From Fibrobacteria bacterium (GTDB lineage Bacteria > Fibrobacterota > Fibrobacteria > UBA11236): a stretch of 51,061 nt of DNA. Position 1 is the first letter of the stretch. The number at the start of each line of letters is the position of its first letter. Shown here one piece after another: positions 37,916 to 46,479 of this stretch. The position numbers were made by a program, and so were the translations under genes. Location of the stretch: the NCBI GenBank assembly GCA_041746255.1, contig JBGTHM010000073.1, positions 1 to 51,061 of the forward strand, written 5' to 3'. The notes beneath the pieces were generated by a model. The model worked only from the letters and a program-made list of their open reading frames with translations. It searched no databases and was not told the DNA's origin.

Positions 37916-38682
37916 TCCGCGCGGACCTGTTCCAGAAATTCGAGGCTCTTGATGCGTTTCTCGCCTCCACCGTGGCGGCCGAGATAGGTCATCAGAAAAG
38001 CGAAGCCTTGTCGCATGGCGCTAGATGAAGGGGCCGAGGAGTGGGTTTCACGCGTGGAACCGCCTTGCAGCGAATCCAGCCATTGCACTACCTCTCCGCT
38101 CAATTCGGTATGTGCGCGCGGGTTTGCGCCTCTGCAGTCGCGGCAAAGCGCTCCGCCCTGGTCCACATCGAAAGCCGTGCTGATGGCGGACAGGCCGCCT
38201 CCGCACACATGACACGCGGAGAATTGCGGAGAGTATCCGGAGACGCCGCTGAATTCAAGCACGAAGCGAGCCAAGCCGGGCCAAACCTCTTCCCCTTGGC
38301 CGGCGTCAAGGTTTCGCAAACCCTGTAGAAGCATACGGTAAAGCGGCAGGGAGCGTTCCTGGCCATGCAGGTAGCGCAGAAAAATTTCCAAAAGCACATG
38401 GCCCGCCGCCTGCTTCACCAAATCGGTTTTAAGGCGCGGGAAGTCCTCCAAAAAGTGGGCGTCCGTCAAAGTGACCATATCGGAGCGCGTTTTTTCCGGG
38501 TAAACGAATTGCAACAAATTGAAGGAATCGATTAAGCCGCGGAATTTGGATTTGGGACGCTTAGCTCCCTTGGCGATAAAGGTGATCAGGCCCGACTCGC
38601 GCGTGAAGGCCTTCAGAATAAAGCTGGATTCGGAGTAAGGGGTTTTTCGCAGGATCAGTCCCGGAGATTTAAGTGCGGGCAT
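37912..38682 (-). CDS. recO: DNA repair protein RecO
   Basis: GLILRK.PYSESS.I...FTRESG...IAKGAKRPKSKF; C-terminal CxxC...GGALCxxC. Start moved to the ATG at 38682. Confidence 0.93.
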   Translation of the reverse strand: MPALKSPGLILRKTPYSESSFILKAFTRESGLITFIAKGAKRPKSKFRGLIDSFNLLQFVYPEKTRSDMVTLTDAHFLEDFPRLKTDLVKQAAGHVLLEIFLRYLHGQERSLPLYRMLLQGLRNLDAGQGEEVWPGLARFVLEFSGVSGYSPQFSACHVCGGGLSAISTAFDVDQGGALCRDCRGANPRAHTELSGEVVQWLDSLQGGSTRETHSSAPSSSAMRQGFAFLMTYLGRHGGGEKRIKSLEFLEQVRAE

Positions 38683-38699
38683 GACAATAAAATACCTGT

Positions 38700-39545
38700 T
38701 TATAAGCGGTAAGTCAGCGACCAAGCCTCTTCGCGTCCTGGAGGAAGGGTTGTATGTAGAAAGGGTTCGATGGAAACCGCAATCCCATTGCTCCAAATGG
38801 GCAGCGCCGACAGCGGGAACCCGCACTCCATTTGCACTCGGTCCAGACGCGGGTGCTTTACTTCAAATGATACTGGATAACCCCAGGCAACGTTGATCAG
38901 TTGAAAAAGACTATGGCGCCAATTGAAATCGGATTTGAGAACCAGCCAGCCGGCCTCATCCACGAAATAGCCGGGATTCACGGGCAACGAGCATTCCAGC
39001 GAGGGCCGGAAGTATTGTCCGGGCCCCATGAAGGGAAAAAAGGGGTGGGCGAAAAAGCGGATGGGGAGCGGCCCTTCCCCCACATTCTGCAGCCGGGTAT
39101 GGATTTGAACCCTGCGATCGGTCAAACGAACTTCGCGCGTAAGGAAAAGCGCCTGTTCGCGATATTGCTGGCTGGTGCGCATACGCACACAATTGGACAG
39201 GTCTTCGATTTCCCAAACACAGAAGCGGATTACCTCCGGATTATCCCGCACATGAAAGGGTTTCGTGGAGCTGGTCCGTTTTACCCGGCCCACTCCGAGC
39301 ACTTCTACTTCGTCACCCACCAAAGCCCTATCCTGCCCCAGGGCGATTTCGAAGGCATCGGGCAGGCCCTGACCATCAAAAGGCCGGGGGGCACTGGGAT
39401 AAGCGGGACCGGAAAGTAAATCTCCCCCGGAATCCTTGATCTGCCAGATATACCCGCCGGTGCAGAAGCGCGAACCGAGCTTTTTCTGATCGGCTACGGG
39501 ATCGAGAATCTCCACCGTAAGGAAGGCGTTGGATAGGGTATACAT
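38700..39545 (-). CDS. Galactose mutarotase / aldose 1-epimerase-like protein
   Basis: Beta-sandwich pattern with L.N.G..P.....FAHPFF and SIEPF motifs. Confidence 0.7.
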   Translation of the reverse strand: MYTLSNAFLTVEILDPVADQKKLGSRFCTGGYIWQIKDSGGDLLSGPAYPSAPRPFDGQGLPDAFEIALGQDRALVGDEVEVLGVGRVKRTSSTKPFHVRDNPEVIRFCVWEIEDLSNCVRMRTSQQYREQALFLTREVRLTDRRVQIHTRLQNVGEGPLPIRFFAHPFFPFMGPGQYFRPSLECSLPVNPGYFVDEAGWLVLKSDFNWRHSLFQLINVAWGYPVSFEVKHPRLDRVQMECGFPLSALPIWSNGIAVSIEPFLHTTLPPGREEAWSLTYRL

Positions 39546-39563
39546 GTTTTAAATATTAGCAAC

Positions 39564-40325
39564 TTACGGTGCCAGGGATTTCCGCACCAGCCCACGTAAA
39601 AATTCCAATTCCCGGAAACCCGGATTCAACCGCTGCCAGAGCAGACGCAAGTGGGTTAGATTACGCCCGCGATTACCGTCTTTTAAAAATCCCTTTTGCT
39701 CCAGGAAACCGATCAGGTCGGCGTAGATTTCCTCCCTTTTCTCCAACCTCGGCTGAGGCTCGACTCCCGGCGCAACCTGCCCGACGGCCTGGAGCAATCC
39801 CTGGCGCTGAACCTCCCGAAGGGCGATGGCCACGGCATGGGAGAGATTGAGGCTCATGCCCGGCGCAACCATTTCGATGCAGGCCAGGTGGGTTGCCTGC
39901 AAAGATTCTTCGCGGGACAATCCCCGGCTTTCCCGGCCGAAAATCAGGGCCACCCGCAAATCTCCGCCCGAGGCGCCTTGCCGGAGTCGCCCGGGAAAAT
40001 CAAGATCACGCAACAGGATTTCAATTTCAGGCAGATTCTGTGCCGGCAATCGCGGTCTTCGGGTGAAAGCAATGGCGAGATGGCAGTCATCAAGCAAGTC
40101 CTGCAATCTTGTGCCACGGCGGGCGGATTCAATCAAGCCCGCGTTGCCCGCGGCGGTTTTATGTGCACGCGGAGATATTTTTTCCCCCATGCCCACGATG
40201 CGTAAATCGGTCACGCCGAAACAAGCCATGGTTCGGGCGGCAAAGCCGATATTTTCCGGAATTTCCGGCTCGACCAGAACAATGCTCCAATGCAATCGCG
40301 ATGGGCCGGAAGCCGGTGTGGGCAT
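39564..40325 (-). CDS. SPOUT RNA methyltransferase, TrmJ/LasT family
   Basis: IVLVEP..PENIG..AR.M..FG, LIFGRESRGL, SLNLSHAV. AAGGAG RBS before the ATG at 40325. Confidence 0.9.
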   Translation of the reverse strand: MPTPASGPSRLHWSIVLVEPEIPENIGFAARTMACFGVTDLRIVGMGEKISPRAHKTAAGNAGLIESARRGTRLQDLLDDCHLAIAFTRRPRLPAQNLPEIEILLRDLDFPGRLRQGASGGDLRVALIFGRESRGLSREESLQATHLACIEMVAPGMSLNLSHAVAIALREVQRQGLLQAVGQVAPGVEPQPRLEKREEIYADLIGFLEQKGFLKDGNRGRNLTHLRLLWQRLNPGFRELEFLRGLVRKSLAP

Positions 40326-40534
40326 GCTTCTCCTTTTACAAAATTTCAATAATAGCGCCATCTGCTCGAGAGTACAAGCCTGACTGCTCCGTAAATTCTT
40401 GTGTAAATTGCCACACTATTTCGGGGATTGGCGGGATCATTATTACTTTTCGATTCCCAAAGAAAGGCAGAATCACGCTTACTTCGAAATCGAAACGTAA
40501 GGGAGGAGAAGGTCTCCCGCCGTCGGAAAACGAG

Positions 40535-41791
40535 GTGCTAAAACGGATCTACGCCACCCAACTCATGGAGTGGCCTCAATCCCGGGTGCGCGAATTCTGG
40601 CAAGCCCACCCCTTGAAGCTGGGTGAGCGTGTCCTCCCAGAGCCGGCCTTGTACCCTCACCTCTGGGATGAGGGTTGTCGGGTACCCTTTGCATACATCC
40701 TGGAAATACTGCAGGCCGTGGAACCTTTCCTTTTGTTTATAAAGACCTCTCCTCCCCTATTTTTCCAAGCTCTAATCCAAAACTTGCAATACGGTTCCTT
40801 TTTCTCACCCAAATATCTCCTTTACCTCCTCCACCCGCATTTGGAAAGTTTCTTCCTCGGCAAGGATCCCCGCTATGAAATACTCAAAGCCTTTCCTTTG
40901 ATTCTGGAAAAAGCTTTTCCCGGGATGGGGTTTCGAATCCACCGCGAGGAAGTCCAAGGCGATTGGCGCCAAGTCTGGACTTCTTTACGGCTGCCAATCC
41001 CGGTTGCCGATTGCCGGGAATTGGATATTGAAAAGTGGGCGGAAATGGGTTTGCGACACATGCCCAAGCTCTTGGATATGCCGGCATTCGAACATATGGA
41101 AGTGCTTAGCTCCCCTTTCCAATTCGAATTGGAAAAGGCAGCGTCCAAAGCAGGTTCGGTAACCATGAAGGCATTCTCCGATTTATACGATGAATGGGGC
41201 TATAAGGGGGTTTTAAAGAAACACGATGCGATTCAAGTGGCCTTAGCATTACGGAAATTCCGAAGCCCGTCGTGGGGACGGGTTACTTTGAATAAGGGAG
41301 TGGCCTATGCGGCGCCCCTAACCTTAATCCGCTTCCGGTTTCGCAGGAACCTTCCTAAACCGGATAACTTTCTTAATCCCTTCATCTCCGCCGCAGTGGA
41401 AAGCCGGGATAATTACCTGGCCGAAGCCGAAAAGAAACACATGGAATTATTGGAAACCCTAACGGGGATTTTGGATGTGCATTTCGACCCGGCGGCTCAG
41501 CGTATCTCGGTAAACGGACGTGTGGTGGCAAAAAACCTACCCGCACTCATTCTCGCCAAAATCGTCGCCCGAAGTGCCGCAGAAGAACGAACCGAATTCG
41601 AATTCCGGGATTTCGCCTTGGACCCCGAACTGAAACTCAATCCCCTCAACCCGAATTTCGTTCTTCGCCTGAATCGACTCAGCGCCACCCTCCGTAAAAA
41701 GTGCCCCGAAATGGAAATCAAGGCGACCCGCAGGGGTGCATTCCGATTTATTTGTACCAAAGGTTTCCGATTTCGAAAAACCGAAGTCTAA
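40535..41791 (+). CDS. Uncharacterised protein with C-terminal winged-helix-like domain (paralogue A); start uncertain
   Basis: Full-length similarity to 41806..43098 begins at EVLK. The first in-frame canonical start outside the divergent gene is GTG 40535. Confidence 0.8.
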   Translation: MLKRIYATQLMEWPQSRVREFWQAHPLKLGERVLPEPALYPHLWDEGCRVPFAYILEILQAVEPFLLFIKTSPPLFFQALIQNLQYGSFFSPKYLLYLLHPHLESFFLGKDPRYEILKAFPLILEKAFPGMGFRIHREEVQGDWRQVWTSLRLPIPVADCRELDIEKWAEMGLRHMPKLLDMPAFEHMEVLSSPFQFELEKAASKAGSVTMKAFSDLYDEWGYKGVLKKHDAIQVALALRKFRSPSWGRVTLNKGVAYAAPLTLIRFRFRRNLPKPDNFLNPFISAAVESRDNYLAEAEKKHMELLETLTGILDVHFDPAAQRISVNGRVVAKNLPALILAKIVARSAAEERTEFEFRDFALDPELKLNPLNPNFVLRLNRLSATLRKKCPEMEIKATRRGAFRFICTKGFRFRKTEV

Positions 41792-41805
41792 TAACCTTAC
41801 GGTAT

Positions 41806-43098
41806 ATGCCATTATCTTCTCCCCGAGCCCGCTCCGAAGTCCTGAAAAGCCTCTATGTGGCCATGCTGCTCTATTTCCCCCTCGATTGGGTGCTTGAATT
41901 TTGGAGCAGTCACCCCTTTCCGGGGAAAAACGGTGAGTCCGAAGACAGTGATTTGTTTAAAAGCTTGTGGACAGAAAAAATCACCGTCCCCTTCACCTAC
42001 CTCACCTCGGTATTGAATGATTTGGAGCCGTTTTTGGTTGCCCGGAATCGCTGTATACTCGAATTTCTCGAGTTCTTCTATGTCGGTCTTAACGGCGGAA
42101 TATTCATCCCGGCCAAATTCGTGCTTGGAATTCTAAATCCCTTTCTGGGCAAATTTTTTTCCAGCCGCGACTTGCGATTCTACCTTCTCTCCTTATCGAA
42201 TCGGATCGGATCCTATGTTTTTCCCGGGGTAAAACTACATACCCTTTCCCTTCCCTCGCCGCCTGATTGGCGACATGTCATCCGTGCTGTCGACCTTCGC
42301 ATTAATGACAATCCCGATACGCCCATACTCGATTTTCTGCTTTTCTACGGCAGCGCCCTGAAACATTATCCGCTTATTCTCAGCCTCCCTTCCTTCGAAG
42401 ATGTTTCACCGCTCGCCGATTGCCGAACTCCTGATCGAGTGGTTACGGATCCGATGGAATGGAAACTCAAAGGGCGGGAAATCGGCTTCCATGCCTTTTG
42501 CCGAGATGTCGGTTTCGACCCGGTAAAGCAGGGTTGGCCGGATTCGCAAGTATGGCTGATGACGGAAGATCATTACTGTCCCCAACGGCAGCGCGTGGTT
42601 TTACGGGAAGGCTGTATTTACGGAGCGCCCGTATTTCTGCTCAAAATCCGTTTTCTGAAAAACATCCAACGCCCACAGAACTTCCTGAAAGATTTCGTGA
42701 GCGCGGTTTTGGATTCGGAAGAGTCTCCCCAGAAAAAAGCGGAAAAACTACATCGCAAACTTTTACTGGAAGCGGATAAAAAACTGCAAGTGGTCTTCCA
42801 TGTCAAGGAGGTACGCATAACCGTAAACGGCAAGCACCTGGTCAGCAGCGCACCGGCACGGATTCTGCGGAAGCTGGTCCATGAATTCGTCACCACGGGC
42901 CGCACGGAATTTCAGCATCGCGAGTTCCTTCATGACGAAAACCTGATCTCGCAGCCCTCCAACCCGAACTTCATCATCCGCCTGATAAGACTGGAAAAAA
43001 CGCTGGCGGAGAAATGCCCCGATCTTTCCTTAACAAGACCGGGAAGAGGAAAAATCACCTTCACTTGTCGGCGCGACATACGCTTTCGCGAAAGCTAA
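41806..43098 (+). CDS. Uncharacterised protein with C-terminal winged-helix-like domain (paralogue B)
   Basis: ATG 14 nt after the paralogue A stop. Shared blocks include EFW..HP, EPFL, NFL..F.SA, I.VNG, RTEF..R.F, NPNF..RL.RL, KCP, RG...F.C. Confidence 0.82.
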   Translation: MPLSSPRARSEVLKSLYVAMLLYFPLDWVLEFWSSHPFPGKNGESEDSDLFKSLWTEKITVPFTYLTSVLNDLEPFLVARNRCILEFLEFFYVGLNGGIFIPAKFVLGILNPFLGKFFSSRDLRFYLLSLSNRIGSYVFPGVKLHTLSLPSPPDWRHVIRAVDLRINDNPDTPILDFLLFYGSALKHYPLILSLPSFEDVSPLADCRTPDRVVTDPMEWKLKGREIGFHAFCRDVGFDPVKQGWPDSQVWLMTEDHYCPQRQRVVLREGCIYGAPVFLLKIRFLKNIQRPQNFLKDFVSAVLDSEESPQKKAEKLHRKLLLEADKKLQVVFHVKEVRITVNGKHLVSSAPARILRKLVHEFVTTGRTEFQHREFLHDENLISQPSNPNFIIRLIRLEKTLAEKCPDLSLTRPGRGKITFTCRRDIRFRES

Positions 43099-43118
43099 AA
43101 TGTAAGTGAAATGTAAGT
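43098..43118 (+). repeat. Perfect 10-bp direct repeat with 11-bp period
   Basis: AAATGTAAGT-G-AAATGTAAGT immediately after the paralogue B stop. Confidence 0.75.
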
Positions 43119-43403
43119 TTTATCGAGGGACGGTCTGGACTATCTTGAGCGAGGAAGAAAGTCCGGACTTAATCTGGATCTATCAGGGGAGCTCAATCGC
43201 CGGCCATACCGGTATTCGCGTAATTTCATTCCGAGAGGTTTGGAATACGGTCCATTTCGGCGGAGACGTCGACTCGGAAGGCCAGGGCACCGAATGGATT
43301 CGGAGCCGAAGCCCGGATTTGGAATGGTTGGGGCATGGGCCTGGAGTGAGGAAGGACTTTCTTCCCTTATCAATCGACTCACCACGAACGGCAGAGCGCC
43401 TTT

Positions 43404-45281
43404 TTAATTCGATTCGATGGGCTCGGCTTCGCGCCACCTACCATGCTCACGGATTAGACTGACCAAAGCCTCCGGCGCTTCCGCTTCGGGGATATTCTTC
43501 TTGACGCACTCCCGGCCAACGTAAAGATTCACTTTATTGGGAGCTCCTCCCACATATCCGAAATCGGCGTCGGCCATTTCTCCGGGACCGTTGACGATGC
43601 ATCCCATTATCGCGATGGAAATGTCTTTCAAGTGGGAAGTGCGCGCGCGGATTTTCTGCGTAGTGGTTTCGAGGTCGAATAATGTACGGCCACAGCTGGG
43701 GCAGGAAACGTATTCGGGTTTGCTTTTGCGCACACCGGCTGCTTGCAGGATGTCATAGCCCAGGTTCATGGTCGCGCGCGCGCCCAACGGCCCGGTGATG
43801 TGAAGCATATCGCCGATGCCATCCACCAGCAGGGAGCCGAGGCGGGCCGCCAATGCCATATTCGCGACCGGGTCTCCGCTGCTTTCGCCGCGCAGGATGA
43901 TAGGGTCCCGCCTCCCCTTCGCCGTGAGCCAGGCGGCCAAATAGCGATAATGCGCGACCTGGTCCGAATTCGCCGCTACCGACCAGAACAGCGAAGCGCC
44001 TGTGAAAATATCCGCCGGCAATCTCTCCAAATGCATAGGATTTTCTACGACAATCTCGATGGCGGGAGGGAAATCGGTAACGCCGTCCGCCAATTGCGAA
44101 CTACGCAAACTAATCAGGTCGAAAGAGGTGCCCACCGCGAAGCGGATCACCGCCGGTTCCCATACCATGGGGATTCCAGCGCGCAATTGATGGGCATCGT
44201 GGGTGGTAAGCCATTCGATTCGACGCTCCCCCTTGGGAAGGGTTTCAGCGCCGGGATTGGGGCAGCCCACCGCGATTTTCTCCCGTCCTCCCACTATAAG
44301 GTCTTTCAAGGCAACGGAGGGAACTTCGCGCCGTTGATAGGCGTAGAAATCGACTTCCTCCGGCAATGCGGAAGGGACCTCGAGAGGATTTAGGGAGCGG
44401 GTATCGCAAATTTCCACCAATTGCCGCGCCACGGGAATTTCGCGACAGGGATCCTCGGTCAGGGAAACACGAACCGTATCTCCCAAACCGTCCAAGAGCA
44501 GGGCTCCGATACCCACGGCTGACTTGAGCCTTCCGTCTTCGCCATCGCCTGCCTCGGTGACTCCGACATGAAATGGATATGGCTTATGACCCTGATCCAA
44601 ACGCATGGCCAACATCCGGTAGGCCTGCACCGCCACGCGCGGATTGGAGGACTTCATGCTGAAAACGATTTGATCAAAATTTTCGGCTTCACAGACGCGC
44701 AGGTATTCGAGCGCGGACTCGACCATGCCCTCGATGGTGTCGCCGAAGCGCCACATCATGCGATCCGAAAGAGACCCGTGATTGGTGCCGATACGCAAAC
44801 AGACTCCGCGTTCCCGGGCTTCGCGAACCAGCGGCGCGAAGGTATCGAAAACCTTCTGTTCCCCTGCCGCGAAACTCGTATCGTCGTATTTGCGCATGGT
44901 CACGCCCTTGGAGTCGACGAAATTACCCGGATTGATGCGCACCTTGTCCACCCACTTGATGGCCTCGAAGGCGGCGCGGGGTTGGAAATGGATGTCGGCG
45001 GAAATAGGAACCTCGCAGCCGGCGGCACGCACCTTTTCGGCAATGGCCCGTAGACATTCGGCATCTTTGGCGGTAGGCGCGGTAATCCGTACCAATTCGC
45101 ATCCGGCCTCGTAAAGTCCAAGGACCTGGGCAACCGTGGCGTCGATGTCGGCGGTATTGGTGGTGGTCATGGATTGGACCAGAATGGGAGCGTCGCCGCC
45201 GATTACCCGATCACGAACCCGAACTTCGAGAGTTTTCCGCCGGCGGGGAGCCAGCCTGTTTTCCATATAACCCAATTGCAT
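43404..45281 (-). CDS. ispG: (E)-4-hydroxy-3-methylbut-2-enyl-diphosphate synthase, long three-domain form
   Basis: VQSMTTT, ADIHF, RINPGN, RIGTNHGSLS, GVTEAG, DTVRVSLT; [4Fe-4S] ligands SCPSCGR and MGCIVNGPGE; central insert. Confidence 0.96.
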   Translation of the reverse strand: MQLGYMENRLAPRRRKTLEVRVRDRVIGGDAPILVQSMTTTNTADIDATVAQVLGLYEAGCELVRITAPTAKDAECLRAIAEKVRAAGCEVPISADIHFQPRAAFEAIKWVDKVRINPGNFVDSKGVTMRKYDDTSFAAGEQKVFDTFAPLVREARERGVCLRIGTNHGSLSDRMMWRFGDTIEGMVESALEYLRVCEAENFDQIVFSMKSSNPRVAVQAYRMLAMRLDQGHKPYPFHVGVTEAGDGEDGRLKSAVGIGALLLDGLGDTVRVSLTEDPCREIPVARQLVEICDTRSLNPLEVPSALPEEVDFYAYQRREVPSVALKDLIVGGREKIAVGCPNPGAETLPKGERRIEWLTTHDAHQLRAGIPMVWEPAVIRFAVGTSFDLISLRSSQLADGVTDFPPAIEIVVENPMHLERLPADIFTGASLFWSVAANSDQVAHYRYLAAWLTAKGRRDPIILRGESSGDPVANMALAARLGSLLVDGIGDMLHITGPLGARATMNLGYDILQAAGVRKSKPEYVSCPSCGRTLFDLETTTQKIRARTSHLKDISIAIMGCIVNGPGEMADADFGYVGGAPNKVNLYVGRECVKKNIPEAEAPEALVSLIREHGRWREAEPIESN

Positions 45282-45310
45282 AAAACCCGCTCTTTTTGCA
45301 GGAAATATAG

Positions 45311-46456
45311 CTAATCCGGTCGAGTCGCCGCAGGGGGCTCATCCTGCACGGGATATCGGAAATCGGCCGCCTTGCGCCATAACGGCCATGTTGTGGCCAG
45401 GCTATCGGCCTCGGCCAGGGTCATTTCCGGAGACGTCGAGGCGAGGTCTTCCCAGGAAGAGAAGAAGTTGTCCAATAGGGAGGATTCCCATGGCCTACGC
45501 GACAGGTATTCGAGATAGCGGCTCTGTAATTCCATCAAGGCGGAAAAAACCTCCCGCGACTGCAGCGTATCTCCAAAGGCTCGGTGATGCAAAGTGAGAA
45601 ATTCAGCCGCCTTCAATTGCAGCATATACCCCATGGTGACATGCTCGTAACCGTCGCTGAAAAGCACCGGAATTCCTTGAGAGGAAGTGCGCAGGCGGTA
45701 TCCCAGGTTATACAACTTCACCGCCGCATCCCGGCCGCGTATGCGGATATCATAGGGTCGTCGCTCCAAGGGTTCCAAAAAAATCGCATACAGCAAGTCC
45801 ATCATGATTTCAAAGGGGGGGAGCGGAACGGAGCGGTAGATTTCCGCCATTTCCATTAAAGCATAGGGGTTGAAGCGTCCCGCACGATCGTAAAGGCCGA
45901 TAAGGATCTCTTCCAGCCGGTCATAGCAAAAACCACCGCCCAAATCCGGAATGTTGAGCGCCTGCCGCGCTTCCGGAACTTCTCCCCCCCGCGCCAACAA
46001 ATAAAAATGCAGTAAATGCAAGGCTGCATGTCTGGGATGCTGCTGCACTCCCGCTTGGGAATATTGCAACGCCTGATTCCGATGAGCCGGATCGTCGCTC
46101 TCTCCCGCCTCTTCAAGATGCGCCAGCACCAGCATGTAATCGATGCATGGCTCTTGGGGATTCAAACTGTCCGCGCGCCGTAAATGTGCTACTTTATCTT
46201 CGAAATTAGGCGCGGTGATTCCCAGCAAATAGTGTACTCTCCAGTCATGCGGATGCCAGGTTGCGATCTGCGCTAAGAAGCCGGAAGGAGGCGCTTCACT
46301 CAAGGTGAGCGAGGCAATCGATGACGGCTGAGGCGAGGGAGCCGGTTGGGTACGTGGCCGGCAAGCCGAAAGCCATACCAGCGAGAGCAACATGATTCCC
46401 CACCCGATCCGAGAAAATCCGGGCCGACGGTGAAGATAACCATGAAACCCACTCAT
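45311..46456 (-). CDS. Hypothetical lipoprotein with TPR-like helical repeats
   Basis: Lipobox WLSAC; TPR-like segments (HPHDWRVHYLLG, HPRHAALHLLHFYLL). Confidence 0.72.
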   Translation of the reverse strand: MSGFHGYLHRRPGFSRIGWGIMLLSLVWLSACRPRTQPAPSPQPSSIASLTLSEAPPSGFLAQIATWHPHDWRVHYLLGITAPNFEDKVAHLRRADSLNPQEPCIDYMLVLAHLEEAGESDDPAHRNQALQYSQAGVQQHPRHAALHLLHFYLLARGGEVPEARQALNIPDLGGGFCYDRLEEILIGLYDRAGRFNPYALMEMAEIYRSVPLPPFEIMMDLLYAIFLEPLERRPYDIRIRGRDAAVKLYNLGYRLRTSSQGIPVLFSDGYEHVTMGYMLQLKAAEFLTLHHRAFGDTLQSREVFSALMELQSRYLEYLSRRPWESSLLDNFFSSWEDLASTSPEMTLAEADSLATTWPLWRKAADFRYPVQDEPPAATRPD

Positions 46457-46462
46457 GTTAGC

Positions 46463-46470
46463 ATTATACT
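46463..46470. promoter_or_regulatory. Overlapping divergent -10 boxes (bidirectional promoter)
   Basis: ATTATACT gives TATAAT on minus (6 nt before ATG 46456) and TATACT on plus (9 nt before ATG 46480), in a 23-bp intergenic gap. Confidence 0.65.
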
Positions 46471-46479
46471 TTCACTACC

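Noticed and set aside
43150..43400. GAAGAAAGTCCGGAC resembling the RNase P RNA 5' motif GAGGAAAGTCC
   Set aside because: The motif is mismatched, and the other universal RNase P elements (AGTGCxACAG, 3' ACAGAAxxCGGCTTA) are not present.
43106..43462. 118-aa plus-strand ORF after the regulator pair
   Set aside because: No RBS, no recognisable motif, and it overlaps the ispG 3' end; not supported as a gene.
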